Source: a virus. From it: a DNA stretch of 64,000 nt. The DNA lies in the IMG/VR virus record IMGVR_UViG_3300033047_000016; one strand, 5' to 3'. The position numbers and the translations under genes were made by a program. The number at the start of each line of letters is the position of its first letter. The first letter of the stretch is position 1. Positions 26,865-34,773 of the stretch are shown here, one piece after another. The notes under the pieces are model-generated. The model did not search any database. It was not told the origin of the DNA and saw only the letters and a program-made list of their open reading frames with translations.

Positions 26865-27466
26865 CAGAAATCCCCTTCCGCCACCTGAATGACCGGAATA
26901 CCATTCTCCCTCCACATTTTCACAACCTGATCCCGGTCGTCAAACACAACGTCAGGGACCCAACCGTCCGCCCTTGCAGCGTCCAGCAGTTCCTTCTTGA
27001 CGATGTAGTCGGCGCGGTAGTCAGGCATCGGGTCACCCTTGCGGGTCAGCTTGACCGAACCGTCAGCATTGTACACAAACTCACGCCGCATATACAGGGC
27101 GTCATACGGAACATGATATTGTTCCATCCACGCCACTGTGGCAATCTTTTGTGTCTCCCGCCGACCAGAGCACATGACAACTTTCCAACCAGCATCATGC
27201 AGACGCTGGACAGCGCCGATGATGTGATGGATAGGAGCGTCGTCGATGATGCCCTTCTCAAACGCCGGGTAGTTCTTCGGCTTGGTGGCAACATACACAC
27301 GGCGATGTTCGAGGTCAGCGATTGTACCGTCGATATCACAGAACAGTGTTCCGTACATGCCAGTCCAGATCGACGTATATCCAAGATGGACGTCTTCCAT
27401 GACCAGCCATTGATCCTCTGGAACGTGCTTTGGCAGCAGGCCAGTCTTTGGGGTGATGTATTCCAT
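26864..27466 (-). CDS. PseT-like HAD 3'-phosphatase (PNKP C-terminal domain)
   Basis: CDIDGT, SGR, LYMR, D.R.D..VK.E and FDDRDQVVKMWRENG...QVAEGDF motifs. Confidence 0.9.
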   Translation of the reverse strand: MEYITPKTGLLPKHVPEDQWLVMEDVHLGYTSIWTGMYGTLFCDIDGTIADLEHRRVYVATKPKNYPAFEKGIIDDAPIHHIIGAVQRLHDAGWKVVMCSGRRETQKIATVAWMEQYHVPYDALYMRREFVYNADGSVKLTRKGDPMPDYRADYIVKKELLDAARADGWVPDVVFDDRDQVVKMWRENGIPVIQVAEGDF

Positions 27467-27470
27467 ATAA

Positions 27471-28151
27471 TTATCCTCCATACATGTTGTCTACCAAGTC
27501 AGCCCAACGCTCACTCGTTTCGATATATCCTTCGGTGGTCAATAGATTCCGGTGACCAACCATTTTCTGCACGTCTTTCAGACTATTGCCAAAGGCATTT
27601 GCCTTACGCGCGCTGATCGTGATGAACGTCCGCCGCCCACTGTGGGACGAAAAGGTATCCATATTCAAAGCTACATATATGCGACTAATGCGCATTTTCA
27701 AGGCGTGTGCCCGAAGTTTTAATCCTTGCGATGCGCGCTCGGTACCACTGGGGACAATGAACGGCACAGCTTTGTTGCGTGCAGTATAACCATCCTTCAA
27801 AGCTTCCGCCAAGTGGCGGCTTATCGGCACAACGCGACGCATGCCTAATTTACCGATATCGTCGCTTATGATCAACACAGGCACCGGACGGGTGATTAAT
27901 TCTCCGTCAGCATCTTTTACCGCCGCTCCATTAGTGTCGAACACAGGGAACTGCTCAGTCCGCAAAAAACCATCGTGGGTCATTACATGCTTGACCCACT
28001 GCAATCCAGCAATTTCCTGAACGCGCAAGCCTGCATAATACGATAGCATAAACGCCAATCGCATTATCTCAGGATTCTTGGCTTTCGCGGTAACCGCACG
28101 CAAGAGTTCTGGCAGTTCTCCGTCTTTGATAATGTCTGCGACGCCGGACAT
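27471..28151 (-). CDS. tyrosine recombinase/integrase (catalytic domain only)
   Basis: GLRVQE, K, HSGRRT, GH and TEGY catalytic residues; GAGGAG RBS before ATG at 28151. Confidence 0.88.
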   Translation of the reverse strand: MSGVADIIKDGELPELLRAVTAKAKNPEIMRLAFMLSYYAGLRVQEIAGLQWVKHVMTHDGFLRTEQFPVFDTNGAAVKDADGELITRPVPVLIISDDIGKLGMRRVVPISRHLAEALKDGYTARNKAVPFIVPSGTERASQGLKLRAHALKMRISRIYVALNMDTFSSHSGRRTFITISARKANAFGNSLKDVQKMVGHRNLLTTEGYIETSERWADLVDNMYGG

Positions 28152-28181
28152 ATGTTCCACTCCTCTTGTTTCGATGAGGTA

Positions 28182-28210
28182 TGGGTACAGCAAGTCTAAG
28201 TGATTCGCAA
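28182..28210 (-). promoter_or_regulatory. sigma70-like promoter with CGAATCA over the -35
   Basis: TTGCGA-N17-TACCCA on minus strand. Confidence 0.55.
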
Positions 28211-28230
28211 GGATTATTTATCCTATAAAA

Positions 28231-28635
28231 TCAGTTGCGCCACGAGTGTTTTGTCTCTATACCAATATACATGGAGTCATATTTATCGCGCAGCATCAGA
28301 TACCAGTACTCAGAATGTGCCATGGCTATGTTATTCAGAACAGGGTCTCCGATTTGGCCCATGTAAGCAGAATTGAATAGTTCAAAGCGAAGGTGGGACA
28401 TATAGAAATAAGCGAGCAATTGATCCATAGAACCTCGGACGTAGATTCCTTCGAAGTCAAGCGGGGCCAGAAGGTCGAAATCCTCCCAACCAAGAAGTTC
28501 ACACACTTCTTCAGCCATTTCTGCGTTGGTTATATCCATGTCGTTTGCGATGTTAGGATTACGGTCGTCCAGCACCGCGCATGCTAAATCATCATATTCT
28601 TCGAATATGTTTAGGGACAGGTCTTCATCACTCAT
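28231..28635 (-). CDS. acidic hypothetical protein
   Basis: AGGAG RBS, ATGA overlap. Confidence 0.7.
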   Translation of the reverse strand: MSDEDLSLNIFEEYDDLACAVLDDRNPNIANDMDITNAEMAEEVCELLGWEDFDLLAPLDFEGIYVRGSMDQLLAYFYMSHLRFELFNSAYMGQIGDPVLNNIAMAHSEYWYLMLRDKYDSMYIGIETKHSWRN

Positions 28636-28811
28636 TCAGTTATCTCCTGATAACCATGCTGCGGACAGTCACGGTCATATACATGTACCTTGGAGCGATC
28701 TATAGTACGTTTTCGCCCCACAATCGTCACTGCCCCCGGCTCTTCCAGAACGATCCGGTTAGCTTTGGGAATTGCGCGCCAGTCGTCAGCGCATGTGCAG
28801 TCGTCATTCAT
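28632..28811 (-). CDS. small CxC...CPxHG protein (59 aa, not in ORF track)
   Basis: MNDDCTC...DRDCPQHGYQEITE; AGGTGG RBS. Confidence 0.65.
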   Translation of the reverse strand: MNDDCTCADDWRAIPKANRIVLEEPGAVTIVGRKRTIDRSKVHVYDRDCPQHGYQEITE

Positions 28812-28845
28812 ATATCCACCTATTTAAGTAATGGCAAGCACTATT

Positions 28846-28910
28846 TTTTTAGCATTAAACCATTTTCCTGTCAACTAACCCTTGCGAATCGGTCTAAAGC
28901 CTCCTATCTA
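28846..28910. promoter_or_regulatory. back-to-back divergent sigma70-like promoters
   Basis: Minus: TTGACA(28874)-N17-TAAAAA; plus: TTGCGA(28882)-N17-TATCTA with CGAATCG. Confidence 0.65.
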
Positions 28911-28955
28911 GTACTCATCGAGACGCCGAAGAATGATTTATGGAGGTATAACCGA

Positions 28956-31127
28956 ATGATTACTAATACACAAGCCAGCGCAGTGAATACTGCAACGACT
29001 GAGTCCCGCGACTTCACCATCAAAGCCGACGGAAAGGCTTTTCGCATCTTGATCAACGGTCTTTACGAGAACAAAATCCAGTCAATCGTGCGTGAAATCT
29101 GGGCGAACGCCTTGGATAGCCACGTCGCAGCCGGAACCCCGGAGCGCCTGTTTGACGTTACGTTCCCATCAATCTTTGATCCGGTATTCTCGGTTCGCGA
29201 CTATGGTACTTCACTATGTCATGAAGACGTCATGGGTCTGTACTCGACTGTGTTTGAGTCCACTAAAGAGGACACAAACGACGCCGTCGGAAAGTTCGGT
29301 CTTGGGTCCAAGTCGCCATTTGCCTACACTGACACATTCTCGGTCACGGCATATATGGATGGCGAGAAGCGCTATTACAGTGCCTTGATTGCCGAAAACG
29401 GTGTGCCACAGATTCACTTCATGGGGACGGAAGAAACCACTGAGGTAAACGGCATTGAAGTGTCGTTCCCCATTGCTACCAAAGACATTCGCGCCTTCCG
29501 TTCAGCAGCAAACCGTGTCAGTCACGGCTTTGAATTCAAGCCAAATGTGGTGACAAAAGAAGACGATGAGCCATTTTCTGGTTGGCCCACACTGGAGATT
29601 CTGTCGGAAGGTGACGGTTGGAAGCTTCTAAGCGGAGCCGTAGAAGGCTATAACACACGCGCTTACGCGCGAATGGGGTGTGTTCTTTATCCCATCAACG
29701 TCGAAGCTCTGTCTGATCTTAGCAGCGAAGAGAAGCGGTTGCTGAGCCAAAGCACAATGATCATTGACTTCGCCATGGGCGATCTTGAAATCAGCGCATC
29801 GCGGGAGTCCTTGTCGTATGGACCAAAAGACCCGACCGCAGATTCCATCAAAAACCGGATCAGGACCATCATTGCAGAAATGGTTTCGTCGTTCACTGAT
29901 CAATATGCCGAGGCCGACACGTATTGGGATGCGTGCATCTTGTTCCGCGAACATTGTGGGTCTGGTGGCATCCCGCAAGCGGTGAAGAATGTTCTGGAAA
30001 AGAACGCGGTGTACAAAGGGCAGGCGCTGAAGAAAGTAATTTCTGTAGGCGTGCGTAGCACGGCTGACGTGGTCGTTGGCGCGGGCTTCTCCATGACGTC
30101 CATGACAACTAAGCTGTCGAACCAAATGTACCGGTTCGATTATTACTGTGACTTGGTCTCTATTTCTCCCGGTCATAGCACTGTTGTGTTCATTGAAAAC
30201 ATGGAAGGTAAAGTGAAGCCAAAGCGGGCTGCGGCAAAGATCAAGATTGCACAGGTTGCCGCGAAGTATACACAGGTTATTTGGATTAAGTATGAAGGTG
30301 GAAAAGAAGGCGCAGCATCAATGGTTCGGTTCCTTGAAATGTTTGATGGCATGGAAATTATCGACATTGATGATCTTCCAGAAATCACCCGCCTGACTGG
30401 TGGTGATGGCATCCGCCGCCCTGTACAGGTGCGTAAGCATTATAGGGGTGGCTTTGATGAGCGGGTAGATATCACACCAGAACAGTTTGAAGATGGTGGT
30501 TATTATGTTCCGCTGGAGCGCATGACCCCGGTAAAGCCGAGCCAATGTTCTGGGCCTGAATGTGTTTGGGACGCTCTACAGAGAAATGGAACGGTTGACA
30601 GCACTGCGCCCCTTTACGGTGCTCCGAAATCTCTATGGAAGCTGTTCAAAGGCGACCAGTGGATCAATATTTACGAATTGGCCGCAGAAACCTTCAAGGC
30701 GAGCAATCATAAGAGGAAGGCAGTAGGAACAGCACATATGATAAGCAAAGTCATTAGTGACACCACGCTGTGCCACATTTCTTCAAAGATCATCACCGCC
30801 GAGTTGCACAAAGACTCAAAGGCGCTGGCCGCAATTGCGTACCGCGCCAAGGTTGCACAGATGAATAAACCAGCAGTTGAGGGTATTATTCTTCTGGCCA
30901 GCGCGCTTGGCATGGATCAGGTAATTGAAGAGTGGTCCAACAAAGAGGCCCCAGAACTGAACCAGCATCTGGCGGCTATTGAAGAGGCGTATCCTTTGCT
31001 GGATCAGTTTGACTCATATTATCTCAGAAATGAGGTTGACAAGCTGACCAAATATGTGCAAATGTGCGACAAGGCCGCAGCATATGATTCGCTGACCAAC
31101 CCTACAACCGCCGCAGTAGCGGCCTAA
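28956..31127 (+). CDS. rIIA: rIIA-like protein (GHKL ATPase)
   Basis: LYENKI.SIVRE...NA.DSH, RDYGT and STK......GKFGLGSKSPFAYTDTF; GGAGG RBS before ATG at 28956. Confidence 0.92.
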   Translation: MITNTQASAVNTATTESRDFTIKADGKAFRILINGLYENKIQSIVREIWANALDSHVAAGTPERLFDVTFPSIFDPVFSVRDYGTSLCHEDVMGLYSTVFESTKEDTNDAVGKFGLGSKSPFAYTDTFSVTAYMDGEKRYYSALIAENGVPQIHFMGTEETTEVNGIEVSFPIATKDIRAFRSAANRVSHGFEFKPNVVTKEDDEPFSGWPTLEILSEGDGWKLLSGAVEGYNTRAYARMGCVLYPINVEALSDLSSEEKRLLSQSTMIIDFAMGDLEISASRESLSYGPKDPTADSIKNRIRTIIAEMVSSFTDQYAEADTYWDACILFREHCGSGGIPQAVKNVLEKNAVYKGQALKKVISVGVRSTADVVVGAGFSMTSMTTKLSNQMYRFDYYCDLVSISPGHSTVVFIENMEGKVKPKRAAAKIKIAQVAAKYTQVIWIKYEGGKEGAASMVRFLEMFDGMEIIDIDDLPEITRLTGGDGIRRPVQVRKHYRGGFDERVDITPEQFEDGGYYVPLERMTPVKPSQCSGPECVWDALQRNGTVDSTAPLYGAPKSLWKLFKGDQWINIYELAAETFKASNHKRKAVGTAHMISKVISDTTLCHISSKIITAELHKDSKALAAIAYRAKVAQMNKPAVEGIILLASALGMDQVIEEWSNKEAPELNQHLAAIEEAYPLLDQFDSYYLRNEVDKLTKYVQMCDKAAAYDSLTNPTTAAVAA

Positions 31128-31143
31128 CAAGGAGATAGTTAAC

Positions 31144-32406
31144 ATGTCTAACTTTCCATTTACGGTCACAGAGACCAACATCACAATCCTGATCAACGGA
31201 GCCTTGAACAAGATTCCGCGCACACATGCCGGATTCAACGCACTGTCTGAACACCTGAAGGGGTCAAAGCACGACGCCGGATTGATCACACAACTTCTGG
31301 ACAAGCGCGCGGCAATGGCCCGTCTGACATCTGGTAAGGTGAAGGTTGTCGGCAGCACCGTGTTCTACAATGGCGCGCCTGTTCACAATGCGTTGGCGAC
31401 ACGGCTGGTGTTGATGATGGACGAGGGCTTTGACGCCGCACCGTGGGTCAATTTCATGAACAACGTCATGCAGAATCCGTCGAAAGTGTCCCGCGATTGT
31501 CTGTTTGAATTCATCATACGGTTCGATACACCGTTGACCGAAGATGGCTGCTTCGTGGCCTTCAAAGGTGTCCGCGACGACTATACCGACGTCCACAGTG
31601 GTACATTCGACAACAGCCCCGGCAAGGTAGTTAAAATGGACCGCGCCGATGTGGTGGAGGACCCCACACGGACTTGTAGTGCTGGTTTGCATGTGTGTGC
31701 ATCCCATTATCTGGACTCGTTCTGGGGCAACAAAACGGTTATCGCTGTGAAGGTCAACCCACGGGACGTGGTGTCGGTGCCGAATGACTACAACTATTCC
31801 AAGATGCGCGTATGTGAATATTTGGTTCTTGGCGATGTTGAGGACGAGCGCCACCGGGACAAGATCGAAAGCGCCCAAGTTGTTGCTTCTACGCCGGATG
31901 AAAACCGCATCGACGCCGCCAAACCAACGGCAATGGCCAACGGCTATATCGTGCCGGATGAGTGGGAACTGCATGATGAATGGCCTGAAGATGGTGACTG
32001 TGTTATCAAGCCGGGAAGCCTCGAAATTGGCACTGTCACTTATCAGGAATGTATCGACGTAACCGATGTAGATCACCCGGACAACGCTGCTTGGGACGCC
32101 GGAGATATTGCCCGCAACAGCGTAGGGGATTACTCCTTGTTTTCGGTACACTTCTATGATGGCGATGAAGTATTCGTGTCGCCAGATGGTGAAGAGTCCG
32201 TTCTTCGTGTCGTCATACCCATCGAGGAAGAAGAAGTAGCTGAGGAAACACTCACGTTTTTGCATGAGGCCACTCGGCAGGCGTTCACAGCCACACAGGT
32301 CGTCAATATCGTTGATGATATCGGGCAGCGTGGCTTCCAGCGGGAATATGATATCCCACGCACGACTGTACAAGAATGGCTGAAAGCCATCCGAGCCGCC
32401 GCGTAA
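31144..32406 (+). CDS. rIIB: rIIB-like protein
   Basis: NPS, TEDGCFVAFK.VR.DY.D.HSG, CSAGLH and VKVNPRDVVSVP.DY...KMRVCEY motifs. Confidence 0.92.
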   Translation: MSNFPFTVTETNITILINGALNKIPRTHAGFNALSEHLKGSKHDAGLITQLLDKRAAMARLTSGKVKVVGSTVFYNGAPVHNALATRLVLMMDEGFDAAPWVNFMNNVMQNPSKVSRDCLFEFIIRFDTPLTEDGCFVAFKGVRDDYTDVHSGTFDNSPGKVVKMDRADVVEDPTRTCSAGLHVCASHYLDSFWGNKTVIAVKVNPRDVVSVPNDYNYSKMRVCEYLVLGDVEDERHRDKIESAQVVASTPDENRIDAAKPTAMANGYIVPDEWELHDEWPEDGDCVIKPGSLEIGTVTYQECIDVTDVDHPDNAAWDAGDIARNSVGDYSLFSVHFYDGDEVFVSPDGEESVLRVVIPIEEEEVAEETLTFLHEATRQAFTATQVVNIVDDIGQRGFQREYDIPRTTVQEWLKAIRAAA

Positions 32407-32413
32407 CAAGATA

Positions 32414-32438
32414 GCCTCGCAGCACCATGTTGCGGGGC
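32414..32438 (+). terminator. hairpin after rIIB
   Basis: GCCTCGCAGCA-CCA-TGTTGCGGGGC; no U tract. Confidence 0.4.
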
Positions 32439-32459
32439 ACCACCATCTAGGAGAAGAAA

Positions 32460-32876
32460 ATGGGTTACTCATCCGACGGAATTTTGGTTTATGGCATCTT
32501 GCTAGAGGGCGAAGACGGTGACGTTCCTGAGTTTTTCAAGCAGGTATTAACTGAAGAAGAACTGGACGACTACGGTGTCGATATGGACAAGTACATTGAC
32601 ATCGTTTCAGACACCGAAGACGCGGAATACGCTGTTAGGAAAAAAGCTCACGATTCGTACCCAGTTGGTTTGTGTATGCACTGCTCTTACGACTATGCAA
32701 TGTACATACTGGCGGTACCAAATACCGAAGTAACCGCCAGTAGAGGTTACCCACACGGATTCAAGGATGGGTTGCCAGAGGTTTCCCCAATGGCTGTTAG
32801 CTTGTTCACTGCGTGGGCAAAAGAACACGATATTCAGGGTGAGCCTTGCTGGATTTTGTGTTCACTTGCGGGTTAA
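32460..32876 (+). CDS. acidic hypothetical protein
   Basis: AGGAG RBS. Confidence 0.7.
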   Translation: MGYSSDGILVYGILLEGEDGDVPEFFKQVLTEEELDDYGVDMDKYIDIVSDTEDAEYAVRKKAHDSYPVGLCMHCSYDYAMYILAVPNTEVTASRGYPHGFKDGLPEVSPMAVSLFTAWAKEHDIQGEPCWILCSLAG

Positions 32877-32905
32877 CACCACACGAATTATATCAGGAGA
32901 AGAAA

Positions 32906-33088
32906 ATGGACCAGTTGCGCATGACCGTCATAGTTGACGGTAAAGAAGAGACACGCCCAGTGTCACACACACAGATCAACCCAATCACACGTATGTGGGA
33001 AGATCAGCCTGTTGTGAATTACGGGGAACTAATTTCACGTGACCAAAATGGTGTGGTCACCATCATAAAAGGGGTGCACAGCCAATGA
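32906..33088 (+). CDS. hypothetical protein
   Basis: AGGAG RBS before ATG at 32906. Confidence 0.6.
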   Translation: MDQLRMTVIVDGKEETRPVSHTQINPITRMWEDQPVVNYGELISRDQNGVVTIIKGVHSQ

Positions 33089-34089
33089 GCAAATTCCAAA
33101 AACTGACAAGCATTGAATCGTTTGCCCACGTCTACCGCCACCAGCAATATTTTGACACCCCGGCTGTTGTTCAGTACGGTGCAAAGATCAAATTGCATGG
33201 GTCAAACGCGGCTGTGCGTTTGGGCGGGGACGGTACAGTGGTAGCACAATCACGTTCGCGTGACATCTTCGTTGGTGATGATAACTACGGGTTTGCTGCT
33301 TGGGTCAAGGAGAACGAGGAAGCGTGGCGCATGCCTAGCACCGACAAGCTGCGTGCGATGGTCGGAGACGTTATTTACTACGGAGAATGGGGCGGATTGG
33401 GTATCCAAAAAGGGGATGCTGTGACCAAACTTGATGCCAAGTATTTCTTCGTCTTCGCCGTGCGTACAGGTGACAATTACATCACCACACCAGCCGACAT
33501 TGAGTTGACCATCCCAGACCTCGACAACATCATCGTAATTCCGTGGGACATCATCTTTGAAGAGTCGGTTGACTTTGGTAACGCTGATGAATGTGAATCA
33601 TTCGGAGATATGTTGAACGAACGTGTGAAAGATATCGAGGAACGCGACCCATTCATTCACGGAATCTTTGGCATCGACGCACCGGGGGAGGGCTGGGTTA
33701 TCAGCCCTGTCTGCAACCCCGGAAGTGATCCGCTGGACGGACAGCTAGACGTTGATTGGTACAATCACCTGACGTTCAAGGTCAAGGTTGAGGGTCACAA
33801 CGTTAACAAAGGGCCATCGGCTGCACGCGACATCGTTGTGCCAGAGGGTGTTTCGGAGTTCGTTGAAATGTTTGTCACCGAGGCGCGGTGCCAACAGGGC
33901 CTGTCTGAGGAGCTTGGTGGAAACGCCATTCCAGAGAAGACAGGGCATTTCCTCAAATGGGTAAACACGGATATCATCAAGGAATCTGTGGAGGAACTTT
34001 CAGATGCGGGGCTTGTTTGGAAAGATGTACAGCGTGGGGTTGCTGGCGCAGCCCGGACATGGTTCTTGGAAAAATGTAAGGAGATATGA
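33085..34089 (+). CDS. Rnl2-family RNA ligase
   Basis: KIKLHGSN, DNYGFA, YGEWGG.GIQKG, GEGWV and FKVK motifs. Confidence 0.85.
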   Translation: MSKFQKLTSIESFAHVYRHQQYFDTPAVVQYGAKIKLHGSNAAVRLGGDGTVVAQSRSRDIFVGDDNYGFAAWVKENEEAWRMPSTDKLRAMVGDVIYYGEWGGLGIQKGDAVTKLDAKYFFVFAVRTGDNYITTPADIELTIPDLDNIIVIPWDIIFEESVDFGNADECESFGDMLNERVKDIEERDPFIHGIFGIDAPGEGWVISPVCNPGSDPLDGQLDVDWYNHLTFKVKVEGHNVNKGPSAARDIVVPEGVSEFVEMFVTEARCQQGLSEELGGNAIPEKTGHFLKWVNTDIIKESVEELSDAGLVWKDVQRGVAGAARTWFLEKCKEI

Positions 34090-34093
34090 AGTC

Positions 34094-34252
34094 ATGAAAA
34101 ACGAAAATAACACAAACACAGTGAATGAAGTGGTGACTAAGCCGCCGTCGCGGCAAGTTCGTCGGCAGATGCAGCGCGCCAAGGACAAGGCTGGTACACG
34201 GCACCTTAACGAGAGCGTCATGAGAAAGAATCAAAAGCGCGGAGCGCGCTGA
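34094..34252 (+). CDS. small basic protein
   Basis: SRQVRRQMQR; TGATG coupling. Confidence 0.5.
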   Translation: MKNENNTNTVNEVVTKPPSRQVRRQMQRAKDKAGTRHLNESVMRKNQKRGAR

Positions 34253-34773
34253 TGTTCGAAGTGACAGTTACCCGTGACATGGTCGGGGAGTCATTCGTAA
34301 AGGCGCAAGAAATTGGTGTGTTGCACAACTCCATAGAAAAGGGGGAGGGCAATTTAATTGGCTGCATCGGCGAGTTTGTTGTTGCGCAGGCGCTTGACGC
34401 TGACGTAGATAACACGTTTGATTACGATCTTGTTAAAGACGGAAAGACCGTTGATGTAAAGACCAAGAAGTCTGGACCGAAACCAAAAGGTAATTACGAG
34501 GCGTCGGTTGCAGACTTCAACACCGCACAAAAATGTGACTATTATTTCTTTGTGAGGGTCACTCCGCGCATGCACAAAGCGTATGTACTGGGGTTTTATC
34601 CGAAGACAGCGTTCTACGCCGACAGTAAGTTTCACACGAAGGGAGAATACGACTTCTCCAACAACTTCAAATTCCACGCCGATTGCCACAACATACGACA
34701 TGATTTGTTGCTTGGCTGGGATGCAAAAACACCGGAAGAGCTAAGAAAAGCATGGCAGCATTTGACCGCATAA
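34252..34773 (+). CDS. PD-(D/E)XK-like nuclease
   Basis: GCIGE...DYDL.....VDVKTK. Confidence 0.6.
   Translation: MFEVTVTRDMVGESFVKAQEIGVLHNSIEKGEGNLIGCIGEFVVAQALDADVDNTFDYDLVKDGKTVDVKTKKSGPKPKGNYEASVADFNTAQKCDYYFFVRVTPRMHKAYVLGFYPKTAFYADSKFHTKGEYDFSNNFKFHADCHNIRHDLLLGWDAKTPEELRKAWQHLTA

Noticed and set aside
26865-26880. CGGAAG-GGGA-TTTCTG-ATG as a third copy of the NAD leader hairpin
   Set aside because: Encodes the conserved AEGDF end of the PNK phosphatase and lacks the GGATAGAC hairpin
28632-28811. Apparent frameshift in the small CxC...CPxHG gene
   Set aside because: Re-reading the sequence shows one continuous 59-aa frame
28581-28955. 125-aa N-terminal extension of rIIA in the ORF track
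   Set aside because: Overlaps divergent promoters and a minus-strand gene; the RBS supports ATG at 28956
31264-32472. 402-aa ORF antisense to rIIB
   Set aside because: No motifs or RBS; explained by codon bias of the sense gene, as for 16858-17562, 43879-44577 and 60167-60868
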